64,000 nucleotides of DNA from Gammaproteobacteria bacterium. Lineage in GTDB: Bacteria > Pseudomonadota > Gammaproteobacteria > SURF-13. The notes beneath the pieces were generated by a model. That model had not been told where the DNA came from. It searched no databases and saw only the letters and a list, made by a program, of their open reading frames with translations. The stretch's first letter is position 1. Every line of letters begins with the position of its first letter. Position numbers and translations under genes: made by a program. Of this stretch, positions 28,269 to 40,128 are shown in pieces. The stretch is taken from NCBI GenBank assembly GCA_016195665.1, contig JACPZD010000001.1:282848-346847 (forward strand). Direction: 5' to 3'.

Positions 28269-28942
28269 CACGCGGTTTTTTCGTCACCGGCACCGACACG
28301 GATGTCGGTAAGACCTGGGTGACGCTGGGCCTGCTGCAGGCGTTCGCCGTTGCAGGCTATCGCACGGCGGCCATGAAACCCGTAGCTTGTGGGGTGGTCG
28401 AGACTGGTGAAGGCTTACGCAATGAAGACGCCTTACTGTTGCAACGGCAGGCCACCTTGCCGCTCGGCTACGAAGAAGTAAATCCCTATCTGTTTCATCC
28501 GCCGATCGCCCCGCACCTTGCCGCGCAAGACGCCGGGATACGCATTGATCTCTCGCATATCAAAGCGCTGTACGACATTGTCGTACAGCGCGCGGACGTT
28601 GTGGTTGTGGAAGGCGTGGGCGGCTGGCTGGTGCCGCTCAATGAGAGTGAGACCAGCGCAGACTTGGTTGAGCAATTGGGTTTGCTCGTGATCCTGGTCG
28701 TGGGATTGCGCTTAGGTTGTCTGAATCATGCTTTACTCACGGTCGAGAGCATCGCCCGGCATAACGTGCGTCTGGCGGGCTGGGTGGCGAATTGCATCAC
28801 TGCGAATATGCCCCAACAGGCGCGGAACATCGAGGCCTTGCAGGCACGGATTTCAGCGCCCTTGTTGGGCACTATCCCTTATCTTGCAGCGTTAGATCCA
28901 AACAGGATCGCCACACTGCTTACGCTTCCTGACTCAGCGTAG
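28265..28942 (+). CDS. bioD: ATP-dependent dethiobiotin synthetase BioD
   Basis: P-loop FFVTGTDTDVGKT and the BioD-typical EGVGGWLVPL. Confidence 0.9.
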   Translation: MTRGFFVTGTDTDVGKTWVTLGLLQAFAVAGYRTAAMKPVACGVVETGEGLRNEDALLLQRQATLPLGYEEVNPYLFHPPIAPHLAAQDAGIRIDLSHIKALYDIVVQRADVVVVEGVGGWLVPLNESETSADLVEQLGLLVILVVGLRLGCLNHALLTVESIARHNVRLAGWVANCITANMPQQARNIEALQARISAPLLGTIPYLAALDPNRIATLLTLPDSA

Positions 28943-28974
28943 TCACCTTCAAGATAGGCATCAAGCGACCAGCA

Positions 28975-29127
28975 GGATGTTGAAAAAGCCCTTCCATGGG
29001 CTTTTTCAACACGTAAAGCGAAAAATGTCATTTTCGCTTTACTCCATTTTTCAAACACATACAGCGTGTTTGAAAAATGGCAGCCCATCCGTGGGCTGCA
29101 CGCAGGCTGTTTTTCAACAGCCTGCTA
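28975..29127. repeat. Array of five consecutive hairpins (repeat family B) between convergent bioD and rpoH
   Basis: Five hairpins in order. One: GTTGAAAAAGCCC-TTCCAT-GGGCTTTTTCAAC. Two: GCGAAAA-ATGTCAT-TTTCGC. Three: CCATTTTTCAAACAC-N7-GTGTTTGAAAAATGG. Four: CAGCCCA-TCCG-TGGGCTG. Five: CACGCAGGCTGTTTTTCAACAGCCTGCTA. The first and last also occur at 41906-41966. Confidence 0.55.
28979..29010. terminator. Bidirectional intrinsic terminator (bioD / rpoH)
   Basis: Stem AAAAAGCCC / GGGCTTTTT with A-run and T-run on either side. Located between convergent genes. Confidence 0.55.
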
Positions 29128-29968
29128 GCGCCGCCTTCAGCTTTTTGATGGCGTTGTTTTCAAGCTGGCGGATGCGCTCGGCAGAAACCTTGTGGCGCTT
29201 GGCGAGGTCCTGCAGGGTGGATTTCTTTTCGGCCAGCCAGCGCCGGGCGAGGATGTCGCGGCTGCGTGGATCGAGGTTGGCGAGGGCGCGGTTGAGCTGT
29301 TCGCTGCCGCTTTCAGTGGTATCTTGCTGCTCCACTTGCCGCGCGGGTTCCATACGCAAGTCTTGCAGATAGGCGGCGGGCGCGAAGTTGGGCGCCTCGT
29401 CTTCATCGTCCTCATCGGCATCGAACGAGATGTCTTGACCGCTGAGACGCATCTCCATCTCGCGCACGGCCTCGGGGCTCACGCCGAGGTCTTTCGCCAC
29501 GGCATTGACCTCTTCCTGGTTGAACCAGCCCAGGCGTTTCTTGGCGCCGCGCAGATTAAAGAACAGTTTGCGTTGCGCCTTGGTGGTCGCCATCTTGACG
29601 ATGCGCCAGTTGCGCAGGACGAATTCGTGGATTTCGGCGCGGATCCAGTGCACGGCAAACGACACCAAACGGACCTTCATGCGGGGGTCGAAGCGCCGCA
29701 CCGCCTTCATGAGGCCGATGTTGCCTTCCTGAATGAGGTCACCCAGCGCCAAGCCATAGCCTGAATAGCCGCGCGCGATGTGCACCACAAAACGCAGGTG
29801 GGCCATGATGAGACGCTGCGCCGCACTGAGATCGTTGTGTTCTTGCAGGCTGACCGCAAGAGCGAATTCTTCCTCGGCACTCAGCACCGGTATCGTTTTC
29901 ACCGCCCGGATATAGGTATCCAGACTGCCTATAGGTGTAGCCAACTGGAGATTAAAGGTCTGTCTCAT
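29114..29968 (-). CDS. rpoH: RNA polymerase sigma-32 factor RpoH
   Basis: RpoH box QRKLFFNLR; sigma-70 regions 2 and 4; 284 aa. Classic location downstream of ftsYEX. Confidence 0.9.
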   Translation of the reverse strand: MRQTFNLQLATPIGSLDTYIRAVKTIPVLSAEEEFALAVSLQEHNDLSAAQRLIMAHLRFVVHIARGYSGYGLALGDLIQEGNIGLMKAVRRFDPRMKVRLVSFAVHWIRAEIHEFVLRNWRIVKMATTKAQRKLFFNLRGAKKRLGWFNQEEVNAVAKDLGVSPEAVREMEMRLSGQDISFDADEDDEDEAPNFAPAAYLQDLRMEPARQVEQQDTTESGSEQLNRALANLDPRSRDILARRWLAEKKSTLQDLAKRHKVSAERIRQLENNAIKKLKAALAGC

Positions 29969-30114
29969 CGTCTTACCTCAAGTAGCGGTTCAATTTTACC
30001 ATGCCGCGGCGAATTTGCAGCGGATCTAGCTATTAGCTAACCCCAGGAATGATAAAAACCACTGATATTTCAACTATCTTACAGTTACTTAAGAGTGATA
30101 CAAGGCCGGAAAGT

Positions 30115-31581
30115 TCAGTTTTGGCCGGTAGCCCGCCTGGCTTCGTCATTAACGGCCACCAGCCCTTGCTGGTTACACACATACGTACAGTTCCTCCCCG
30201 CCTTTTTGGCGGCATAGAGCGCCTGGTCTGCGTGGCTGAACAACCGGGTCAGCGAGACCTCCGGGTGATACAAGGTGGAGGCGACCCCTACGCTGATCGT
30301 CAAGGGAATATTTATAGGGTTCAGGGACTCAATACGTCGCCGCAGTTCCTCGGCCTGGGCCAGGGCTTCACTTTCTCCACAGTGTGGTACCAGGATGGCA
30401 AACTCCTCCCCGCCAAACCTTGCGACGATAGGGTCGCCCTCGGTGTGCCGGTAAGCTACTTCCCCCAGCCGCCTGCCGGTCTCCATTGCTTCCGCAGATT
30501 TAGTCCCTTCTATAAAATGCTGGCTGAGCGCCTGCGCGATCAAGACTAGTACACGATCTCCTGCGATATGGCCATAATTGTCGTTTATTTTCTTGAAATG
30601 GTCTATATCTATCAAATATACGCATAGCGGGCGGCTGGACTCTTTTTCGAGGCTGCGACTACCGTGGTCGAACAGGTAACGCCGGTTATGCGCCCCTGTC
30701 AGACTGTCCGTGGTGGCCAGACGGCTCATCTCCTCGGCCTGATGCTTAAGGGCGGTGAATTGCTGCTTGATGAGCAGCAGTGAACGTACCCGGGCCATGA
30801 GCACCTCGGCCACAATGGGCTTGGTGACAAAATCGTTCGCCCCGGCATGGAACACCTCAGCCTGCTTTTTCTCATTGCTGATGGAGGTGACCACCAACAC
30901 CGGCAGCTCTTGCTGGGAGTAACGTAGCTTGGTGCGGATGGCGTGCAGCAAATCGCCACCCGTCATTTTGCCCTTGAGGAAAAAGTCGGTGATGACGATG
31001 TCCACCTCCGGCTCGTCCTCCGGCGCGTTCCGCTCCAGCAGACTCAAGGCCTGTTCCGCGGTGCTGACCCGCTCCACCTGCAAACCGTGCGTTTCCATCA
31101 CACGGCGTGTGATCTCCGCGGCGGTGGGGCTGTCCTCCACATAAAGTACCCTGCCCACCAAACCGAGATTCCGCTGAGTGAAGGCCTTGATGAAGCTTAC
31201 AAACTCGGCATAACCCTGTGATTTATCAAAATAGTCCGTGACGCCGGCGGCAAAGCCTTCGCGCAGCAACCGGTCGTCCGCATTGCCTGAGACGACAATA
31301 ATGGGGGTATAGCGCTGGATGGCGGTCTCACGGATACGCCGGCTGAGGTCGAGGCCATCCATGTCGGGAAGCAACAGGGCGGTGGTGATGAGATCGAACT
31401 TGATGGTGGTAAGATAGCCCAAGGCCTCGCTTGCGGTGGCGCAGGCGGTGATGCGGGCATTGCCCATCTCCGCCCGCAGGCTGCGCGCAATCAGCGTGCG
31501 CGAGACCTCGGAGTCATCCACGATCATGATGCTTGTTGTTCGTTTTTCCACCCCAGTCTTACCCCTTCTTAAGTCAGCCAA
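30115..31581 (-). CDS. PleD-like response regulator diguanylate cyclase (REC-REC-GGDEF)
   Basis: Two receiver domains (MIVDDSEV...; LYVEDSPTAAEI...) and a GGDEF domain with canonical RFGGEEFAIL. The true start may be the internal Met of SIMIVDD. Confidence 0.8.
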   Translation of the reverse strand: MADLRRGKTGVEKRTTSIMIVDDSEVSRTLIARSLRAEMGNARITACATASEALGYLTTIKFDLITTALLLPDMDGLDLSRRIRETAIQRYTPIIVVSGNADDRLLREGFAAGVTDYFDKSQGYAEFVSFIKAFTQRNLGLVGRVLYVEDSPTAAEITRRVMETHGLQVERVSTAEQALSLLERNAPEDEPEVDIVITDFFLKGKMTGGDLLHAIRTKLRYSQQELPVLVVTSISNEKKQAEVFHAGANDFVTKPIVAEVLMARVRSLLLIKQQFTALKHQAEEMSRLATTDSLTGAHNRRYLFDHGSRSLEKESSRPLCVYLIDIDHFKKINDNYGHIAGDRVLVLIAQALSQHFIEGTKSAEAMETGRRLGEVAYRHTEGDPIVARFGGEEFAILVPHCGESEALAQAEELRRRIESLNPINIPLTISVGVASTLYHPEVSLTRLFSHADQALYAAKKAGRNCTYVCNQQGLVAVNDEARRATGQN

Positions 31582-31622
31582 TACAACATCTGATAGGGCT
31601 CTGCATAATTCATACCAGGGTG

Positions 31623-32669
31623 TTACGTCGGCTCAATGGCGGCCAAGTGCCTGTGTACGGCCAGCAAAGCACCGAACAGGCCAAGCGCCCCTCCCAGGCT
31701 CAGCAACACGAGACTGCCTTTAAGGCTTAAGTGGATCAGTTGGAAATCGCTGCTATAAAGCCTCGCGAGCTGTTCTATTGGGCCGCGCAGCAGTCCCAGG
31801 GCAAGCGTCACCAGCGCCCAGGCGATGACCCCGCCGAGCAGCCCATAGCCGAGGCCAAGGTAGAGAAACGGGCGGCGGATAAAGGCATCGGTCGCGCCTA
31901 TCAGCTTGATGATCTCGATCTCCTCGCGGCGGTTTAGTATCGCCAGGCGGAGGGTGTTACTCACGATCAGCAACACGCCGAGCGCCAACAGACCGGCCAG
32001 CAGCGTCACGCCGCGCTCGACGACCCGCAGAATCGCCTCCAAACGCTGTAGCCATTGCATATCAAACTGCACGGCGTCGGCCTCGGGGAGCGCCCGTAGC
32101 GTGGTGAGCAGTTCCGTGACTGCCTGAGCCGGCGAAGTTCCTGCGGGAGGCGGCGTGGGATAGACCACTAGCAGAGCCGGCAGGGGATTCTCATCCAACA
32201 TCGCCAAGGCCTCGGCAAAACCGCTCTGTTTGCGCATCTCCTCGAACCCTTGAGAGCGGCTAATCAGCTTGACCTGCGACACACCCGGCAGCGTGCGCAA
32301 TCGCCCGGCGAGCGCGCTTGCCTGAGCGTCGCCGACCCCGGGCTTGAGAAAGACCGAAATCTGCCGCTCGTCGTGCCATTGTGTGCTATGCGCCTGAATA
32401 GGGCTCAATACCGCATACAGCCCGGCGGGCAAGGCGAGCGCGATGCCGATGACGGCGGCCGTCATTAAGGTGGCGATAGGGGAGCGGCTCAACTGTCCGA
32501 GCGTGGCGACAAACGCCTGCAGGTGTAACAGGATAAAGGCGCCAAAGCGGCGCCGGGGTGCGGGCGCAGAAAGTCTGGCTTCCGGTTGTTCCAACGGCCG
32601 TTGCAGCTTCTCGCGCGCAACGGGTGTCGCCCCCGTGCGGCGCCTACCGCTGCCGAAGAGATTCTTCAT
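31623..32669 (-). CDS. ftsX: Cell division ABC transporter permease FtsX
   Basis: FtsX-like permease with 4 TM helices and a periplasmic loop. Directly downstream of ftsE. Confidence 0.85.
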   Translation of the reverse strand: MKNLFGSGRRRTGATPVAREKLQRPLEQPEARLSAPAPRRRFGAFILLHLQAFVATLGQLSRSPIATLMTAAVIGIALALPAGLYAVLSPIQAHSTQWHDERQISVFLKPGVGDAQASALAGRLRTLPGVSQVKLISRSQGFEEMRKQSGFAEALAMLDENPLPALLVVYPTPPPAGTSPAQAVTELLTTLRALPEADAVQFDMQWLQRLEAILRVVERGVTLLAGLLALGVLLIVSNTLRLAILNRREEIEIIKLIGATDAFIRRPFLYLGLGYGLLGGVIAWALVTLALGLLRGPIEQLARLYSSDFQLIHLSLKGSLVLLSLGGALGLFGALLAVHRHLAAIEPT

Positions 32670-33333
32670 GCGCCTTACTATCGCCGGTCAGCCGGCCGTT
32701 TTTGAGGGTGAGCGTGCGCTGCGACAGGCTCTCGATGAGGCTCACATCGTGGCTTGCAATCAGCACCGTTACACCGAACTGATTGAATTGCTGAAACAGC
32801 TTCATGATCTCGCGCGACAGCTCCGGGTCGAGATTGCCGGTCGGCTCGTCGGCGAGCAACAGCGGCGGCTTGTTGACCACGGCGCGGGCGATACCGACGC
32901 GCTGCTGCTCGCCGCCCGACAGGACCAGGGGATAGAACCGCTCCTTGCCGAGCAATCCCACCTTGTCCAGCGCGGCGCGCACCCGCCGGCCGGTCTCCGC
33001 TGCACCGAGGCCGGCGATCATCAGCGGCAGCGCGACATTGTCGAACACCGTGTGGTCATTGAGCAGCCTATGACTCTGGAAGACCATGCCGATGCTGCGG
33101 CGCAGATAAGGGATGCGCCGATTGCCGAGCGCCGACAGGTTTTGTCCGTTGACGATGATCTGACCGCTGCTCGCGCGCTCCAGCAGGGTGATGAGCTTCA
33201 GCACCGTGCTTTTGCCGGCGCCGGAGTGGCCGGTGAGGAAGGCCATCTCGCCGCGCTGGAGTTCAAAATCCAGTCGGTTCAGCGCCTCATAACCGCCGGG
33301 ATAGCGCTTGGAGACCTGGTGGAAGTGGATCAT
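32644..33333 (-). CDS. ftsE: Cell division ATP-binding protein FtsE
   Basis: Walker [13 protein letters not shown] signature [14 protein letters not shown], Walker [13 protein letters not shown]. Confidence 0.9.
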   Translation of the reverse strand: MIHFHQVSKRYPGGYEALNRLDFELQRGEMAFLTGHSGAGKSTVLKLITLLERASSGQIIVNGQNLSALGNRRIPYLRRSIGMVFQSHRLLNDHTVFDNVALPLMIAGLGAAETGRRVRAALDKVGLLGKERFYPLVLSGGEQQRVGIARAVVNKPPLLLADEPTGNLDPELSREIMKLFQQFNQFGVTVLIASHDVSLIESLSQRTLTLKNGRLTGDSKAHEESLRQR

Positions 33334-33380
33334 AACTGTAGGTGCGAATTCATTCGCATATCGGCCGAATAAATTCGGCC

Positions 33381-34463
33381 CTACCCATTTTCAAACAACG
33401 CCTCCACGAATTCCGCGGCGTTGAATTCACGTAGATCTTCTATCCCTTCGCCGACGCCGATGTAGCGTATAGGCAAACCGAGTTTCTTGGCGATGGCGAA
33501 GATGACGCCGCCCTTGGCGGTACCGTCGAGTTTGGTGAGGATGACGCCGGTCACGCCCACCGCCTGGTGAAATTGACTTGCCTGGGTCAGGGCGTTCTGG
33601 CCGGTGCCGGCATCCAGCACCAGCAGCACCTCATGGGGCGCGCCGGGGTCGGCCTTGGCGATCACCCGTTTGACCTTTTTCAGTTCCTCCATCAGATTGC
33701 CTTGGGTGTGCAGGCGGCCCGCAGTGTCGGCGATCAGCACGTCCGTACCGCGCGCCTTGGCGGCCTGTATAGCGTCGTAGATCACCGAGGCGGAATCCGC
33801 GCCGCTGTGCTGAGCGATCACCGGAATGGCGTTGCGCTCACCCCAGACCTGCAACTGTTCGATGGCTGCGGCGCGAAAGGTGTCGCCGGCGGCCAGCAGC
33901 ACCGAGTGGCCCTGGCCTTGCAACCGCTTGGCGAGTTTGCCGATGCTGGTGGTCTTGCCCGCGCCGTTGATGCCAACCATCAGTATCACAAACGGCCGCA
34001 CGCCTGGGATTATCTCTAGGGGACGGCTGCACGGCTCCAGGATGGCAAACAGGTCTGCGCGCAGCGCGGCAAATAGGGCCGCCGCATCGCTTAATTGACG
34101 CCGCGCCACGCGCGCAGTCAGATCCTCGATGATCGCCTGCGTCGCCTCCACGCCAAGATCGGCGCTCAACAACTGCGTCTCGATCTCCTCCAACAGCGCC
34201 CCGTCAATCTGCCGCTTACCGAGCACCAGCCGGGAGAGGCCCTCGCCCAGGTTGCTGCGGGTGCGGCCGAGCGAGGTCTTGAGACGCGAGAACAGGCCCC
34301 GCCCCGTTGCGGCGGGAGACTCGACGCCGGCGGTCGCTCCCGGCATCCTGCCTCCCGCGACATTAGTAGGACCCTTCGCTGGCGCTCTTCCCTGTACGTC
34401 AGAGCTTGCGTCACCCGTCGCGGCGGCCGAGGGTGGCGATTTGTCTTTTCTGAAACTGAACAT
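33381..34463 (-). CDS. ftsY: Signal recognition particle receptor FtsY
   Basis: NG domain with GVNGAGKTT, DTAGR and [10 protein letters not shown] motifs. Confidence 0.9.
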   Translation of the reverse strand: MFSFRKDKSPPSAAATGDASSDVQGRAPAKGPTNVAGGRMPGATAGVESPAATGRGLFSRLKTSLGRTRSNLGEGLSRLVLGKRQIDGALLEEIETQLLSADLGVEATQAIIEDLTARVARRQLSDAAALFAALRADLFAILEPCSRPLEIIPGVRPFVILMVGINGAGKTTSIGKLAKRLQGQGHSVLLAAGDTFRAAAIEQLQVWGERNAIPVIAQHSGADSASVIYDAIQAAKARGTDVLIADTAGRLHTQGNLMEELKKVKRVIAKADPGAPHEVLLVLDAGTGQNALTQASQFHQAVGVTGVILTKLDGTAKGGVIFAIAKKLGLPIRYIGVGEGIEDLREFNAAEFVEALFENG

Positions 34464-34544
34464 GGCTTTTTAGGTCATAGGATGCGCTGGATACGTTATC
34501 CTATCACTCAGGCCAGGGTTAGACGAACCATAAGGATTTATCAG

Positions 34545-35927
34545 ATGCCCAGATTATTTCTCATCATACTGCTCTGCGCCGCTTGGACGGCCGCCGCCTC
34601 GCCTGGCGAGGTCCATGAATTCAAACTGGACAACGGTCTTAAATTGATCGTCAAGGAGGATCACCGCGCGCCGGTGGTCGTCTCACAGGTCTGGTACAAG
34701 GTCGGCTCCAGCTACGAGCACAGCGGCGTCACCGGGCTATCGCATGTACTGGAACACATGATGTTCAAGGGCACCCGCAAACACGGTCCCAATGAGGCCT
34801 CGCGCATCATCTCCGCCAACGGCGGCCGGGAAAACGCCTTCACCGGCCGCGACTACACGGCGTATTACCAGCAACTGGAAAAATCGCGCCTGCCGGTGAG
34901 CTTCGAACTGGAGTCCGACCGCATGCGCAACCTGCTGCTCAAGCAGGAGGAGTTCGTCAAGGAGGTCCAAGTGGTGATGGAGGAGCGCCGGCTGCGCACC
35001 GACGACGACCCCGAATCGCTCACCTATGAGCATTTCGCCGCCACGGCGTTTCATAACGGCCCTTACCAGAACCCGGTGATCGGCTGGATGGACGATCTCG
35101 AGAATATGACTCTCGATGATTTGAAGCAGTGGTACAAAACCTGGTATGCGCCCAACAACGCCACCGTGGTGGTGGTAGGCGATGTGCAGCCCGAGGAGGT
35201 GTTTGCTCTCGCCAAGAAATATTTTGGGCCGCTCAAACCCAGTAAATTGATGCCGCTTAAACCGCGCCGCGAGGTCGAGCAAAAGGGCCTACGGCGGGCG
35301 ATAGTGAAGGCCCCGGCCGAGCTGCCATATCTCATCATGGGTTACCAGACGCCGTCGCTGACTGCTGCGCAAGACACGGACTGGGAACCCTATGCCCTGG
35401 AGGTGTTGTCGGGAATTCTGTCCGGCGGCAACAGCGCGCGACTCGCCAAGCACCTGGTGCGCGAAGAACGCATCGCCGCGAGCGCCGGTGCGGGGTATAA
35501 CCTGTATTCCCGCGTCCCTGATCTGTTCACGATCGAGGGCACGCCCGCACAGGGCCGCAGCGTCGCCGAGCTTGAGCAGGCGCTGCGTGACCAGATCAAA
35601 CGCCTGCAGGACGAGCCAGTGAGCGAGGCGGAGCTTGCCCGCATCAAGGCGCAGGTCGTGGCCGGCAAGGTCTATGAGCAGGACTCCACCTTCGGCCAGG
35701 CGATGCAGATCGGAACCTTGGTGACCGTCGGCCTCGACTGGCGGTTGCAGGATAGCTATCTCGATCGCATCAACGCGGTCACCGCACAACAGATCCAACA
35801 GGTCGCGCGTAATTATCTGAACGACGACCGGCTCACCGTCGCAGTGCTGGAACCGCTCCCCCTCGACCCCAACAAGAAACCGCGCGGGCCGTCGGACGGT
35901 CACTTAGGAGGCGGCAATGTACGTTAG
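34545..35927 (+). CDS. M16-family zinc metallopeptidase (pitrilysin-like, active-site subunit)
   Basis: Signal peptide MPRLFLIILLCAAWTAAA after an AAGGA RBS. Inverted zinc motif HVLEHMMFKGT (HxxEH). The ORF-track start at 34095 is an upstream extension. Confidence 0.8.
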   Translation: MPRLFLIILLCAAWTAAASPGEVHEFKLDNGLKLIVKEDHRAPVVVSQVWYKVGSSYEHSGVTGLSHVLEHMMFKGTRKHGPNEASRIISANGGRENAFTGRDYTAYYQQLEKSRLPVSFELESDRMRNLLLKQEEFVKEVQVVMEERRLRTDDDPESLTYEHFAATAFHNGPYQNPVIGWMDDLENMTLDDLKQWYKTWYAPNNATVVVVGDVQPEEVFALAKKYFGPLKPSKLMPLKPRREVEQKGLRRAIVKAPAELPYLIMGYQTPSLTAAQDTDWEPYALEVLSGILSGGNSARLAKHLVREERIAASAGAGYNLYSRVPDLFTIEGTPAQGRSVAELEQALRDQIKRLQDEPVSEAELARIKAQVVAGKVYEQDSTFGQAMQIGTLVTVGLDWRLQDSYLDRINAVTAQQIQQVARNYLNDDRLTVAVLEPLPLDPNKKPRGPSDGHLGGGNVR

Positions 35928-37285
35928 GTTATGGAACCCCCTCACCCCTCACCCCTCACGCCTCACGCCTGACTCTGCCGTAAGCAGTACGGTTACGCGA
36001 TGGATTCTGTTTTTGTTCTTGCTGCTGCCCCTGGCAGCCCAAGCCGGGCCGCAGATTGAACAGTGGCAAACCCAAAACGGCGCGCGCGTCTACTTTGTCG
36101 CAGCGCCGGAATTACCCATGGTGGACGTGCGGATGGTGTTTGATGCGGGCAGCGCACGCGACGGCGGCAAGCCCGGGCTCGCCGCGCTGACCAACGGCCT
36201 GCTCGACGACGGCGCCAAGACGGCTGACGGCGAGCTTAACGCCGATCAGATTGCTGAGCGCTTCGCCGATCTCGGCGCGCAATTCGGCACCGGCGCGGAC
36301 CGTGACATGGCGAGCATCAGCCTGCGCAGCCTGACCAAATCCGAGCTGCTGCAGCCGGCCTTGCAGACCGTCGCGACGATCCTGACGCAGCCGAGCTTTC
36401 CGCAAAATGGCTTCGAGCGCGAGCAGAGCCGGGTGCTTACCCATCTCCAGGCGCAAGAACAATCCCCCGGCGAGATAGCCGGCAAGACCTTCTTTAAGGC
36501 CGTGTACGGCGAACATCCGTATGCCACGCAGGCGCTCGGCAATCCGGACAGCATAAAGCAACTCACCCGCGATGACCTGATCGCCTTTCACAACCGCTAT
36601 TACGTGGCGCGCAATGCCGTGGTCGCCATCGTCGGCGCGGTCACGCGCAAGGAGGCGGAGGCTATTGCCGGGACGCTGGCAGGCAAGCTGCCCGAAGGCG
36701 AGGCCGCCCCGGCACTGCCAAAGGTGGCCGGCCTGGAGAGCGCCCAGAACGTGCAGATTCCGTACAGCTCCGCACAGACCCACATCCTGGTCGGCCAGCC
36801 CGGCATCAGCCGCAACGACCCCGACTATTTCCCGCTGGTCGTCGGCAATCACATCCTCGGCGGCAACGGCCTGGTCGCACGGCTTGCCGAGGAAATCCGC
36901 GAAAAGCGCGGACTCTCCTACAGCACCTATAGTTACTTCCAGCCGATGCGTGAACCGGGGCCATACACCCTCGGCCTGCAAACCCGCAACGAACAGACCG
37001 AAGCGGCCCTCAAGGTGTTACGAGATACGCTGAAAAACTACGTCGAGAATGGCCCGACTCCCGCCGAGCTCAAAGCCGCCAAGCAGAATATCACCGGCGG
37101 CTTTGCGCTGCGCATAGACAGCAACGCCAATCTGCTCGACTATCTTGCGCTGATCGGTTTTTACCAGTTGCCGCTCGACTACCTGGACGGCTACAACCGC
37201 AAGGTCGAGCAGGTTACCCTGGAACAGATCCGCGACGCCTTTAAGCGCCGCATCAAACCTGAACAGATGGTCACGGTCATCGTCG

Positions 37286-37314
<29 letters not shown>
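35917..37314 (+). CDS. M16-family peptidase-like protein (non-catalytic partner, no HxxEH)
   Basis: Homologous M16 fold but lacks HxxEH. Overlaps the upstream M16 gene by 11 bp. The first 25 or so codons are encoded by the CCTCACC heptamer repeat, followed by a signal-peptide-like LFLFLLLPLAAQA. Confidence 0.7.
35937..35971. repeat. CCTCACC heptamer tandem repeat (family C), copy 1
   Basis: CCTCACCCCTCACCCCTCACGCCTCACGCCTGAC at the junction of the two M16 genes. Confidence 0.55.
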
Positions 37315-38364
<1,050 letters not shown>

Positions 38365-38365
38365 G

Positions 38366-40036
38366 ATGCAGTGGCGAGCGCGGCTACTGCTACTCCTGAT
38401 CGTTACGATCGGGACCCAGGCACTCGCCGACCAACCATCCGCCGCCGCCATCGCCAGCGCCCATCCGCTCGCCACCCGGGCCGGCCATGAAGTCCTCTCC
38501 GCGGGCGGCAATGCCTTTGATGCAGCGGTCGCGGTGACGGCGGCGCTCGCCGTCGTCGAGCCGATGAGCTCCGGTCTGGGCGGCGGTGGTTTCTGGCTGC
38601 TGCACCGTGTCAGGGATGGCTTTGAAACCATGCTGGACGGGCGCGAAAAGGCCCCGCTCGCCGCGCGGCGCGACATGTACCTCGATGACAGTGGAGAAGT
38701 CGTCTCGAATCTCTCCGTGGACGGCGCGCTGGCCGCCGGCATTCCCGGCACACCTGCGGCCATCGTGCATCTCGCCCAACATTATGGAAGGCTGCCGCTC
38801 AAAAAGAGTCTCGCTCCCGCCATTAAATTTGCGCGCGCCGGCTTTGCCGTCAATGAATCGTATCGGGGCATGGCCGGTTTTCGTCTCAATGCGCTGCGTG
38901 CATCACCTGCGGCAGCCGCCGTGTTCTTGCACAACAACGAAGTCCCGGAACCCGGTTATCTCATTAAACAGCCCGACCTGGCAAAAACATTGGAGAACAT
39001 CGCAGTGCATGGCGTAAACGGATTTTACGGCGGAACTGTTGCGCAACGCTTGGTGGACGGCGTGCGCAGCGCGGGCGGCATCTGGTCACTCGATGATTTC
39101 GCCAACTATAGCGTAATGGAGCGTAAACCTGTACGCGGCAACTATCATGGGATAAAAATAACCACCGCCGCCCCGCCTTCCTCGGGCGGTGTCGCGCTGC
39201 TCACTACGCTTAATATCCTGGCAGGCTATAAATTCGACGAACTACCGGCTCTCACCCGCACGCACCTCACCCTAGAAGCCATGCGCCGCGCCTACCGTGA
39301 CCGCGCCGAGTATTTGGGTGACCCGGACTACGTCAAGGTGGACGTGGCGCAACTCACCCATCCGTTCTACGCCGCGGGCCTGCGCGCCTCCATCCGCAGC
39401 GACCGAGCCATGCCCAGCGCCAGCCTGCCGGGACAAAATCCCCTGATCCCGGCGGTTGGAGACACTACGCATTTCTCGGTGCTCGACAAAGAAGGCAATC
39501 GCGTCGCCGCGACGATGAGTATCAACTTCCCCTTCGGTTCGGGTTTTATGGCCCCCGGCACGGGTGTATTGCTAAACGATGAGATGGACGACTTTTCCGC
39601 CAAGCCGGGGGCGCCGAATGTCTACGGCCTGGTGGGCGGGGAGGCCAATGCCATTGCGCCCGGCAAACGACCGCTCTCGAGTATGACACCGACCTTTCTG
39701 GAGGATAAGCGTGGCGTGGCGATCCTCGGCACGCCCGGCGGCAGCCGGATTATCTCGATGGTTTTACTCGCCACGCTGGACCATGCAGCCGGTCATGAAC
39801 CGGAGTCCTGGGTAACTTTGCCACGGTATCACCACCAGTTTCTGCCCGATGCGGTGCAATATGAACCTGGCGCGTTTTCCAGGGAACTGGTTACGGGTCT
39901 TGAAAAGATGGGCCACACGTTAGAGCCCCTGGAACGGCCCTACGGCAACATGCAGGCGGTGTTCTGGGACCGGCGAAACAGGACCGTCAAGGCCGCCAGC
40001 GACCCGCGCGGGATAGGGCAGGCAGAGGTCCGCTAG
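38366..40036 (+). CDS. ggt: Gamma-glutamyltranspeptidase
   Basis: Signal peptide MQWRARLLLLLIVTIGTQALA. Catalytic Thr region GDTTHFSVLDKEGN and GGSRII motifs. ATG at 38366 lies right after the coaD stop. Confidence 0.85.
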   Translation: MQWRARLLLLLIVTIGTQALADQPSAAAIASAHPLATRAGHEVLSAGGNAFDAAVAVTAALAVVEPMSSGLGGGGFWLLHRVRDGFETMLDGREKAPLAARRDMYLDDSGEVVSNLSVDGALAAGIPGTPAAIVHLAQHYGRLPLKKSLAPAIKFARAGFAVNESYRGMAGFRLNALRASPAAAAVFLHNNEVPEPGYLIKQPDLAKTLENIAVHGVNGFYGGTVAQRLVDGVRSAGGIWSLDDFANYSVMERKPVRGNYHGIKITTAAPPSSGGVALLTTLNILAGYKFDELPALTRTHLTLEAMRRAYRDRAEYLGDPDYVKVDVAQLTHPFYAAGLRASIRSDRAMPSASLPGQNPLIPAVGDTTHFSVLDKEGNRVAATMSINFPFGSGFMAPGTGVLLNDEMDDFSAKPGAPNVYGLVGGEANAIAPGKRPLSSMTPTFLEDKRGVAILGTPGGSRIISMVLLATLDHAAGHEPESWVTLPRYHHQFLPDAVQYEPGAFSRELVTGLEKMGHTLEPLERPYGNMQAVFWDRRNRTVKAASDPRGIGQAEVR

Positions 40037-40128
40037 CTGCCTCGGACCACCTTGCGCCGTACCGGCGGGTTGACTATAATGGCTTTCATTTTTAGCACTT
40101 TTAACTCACATAACCGTAGGAGCCCTCC

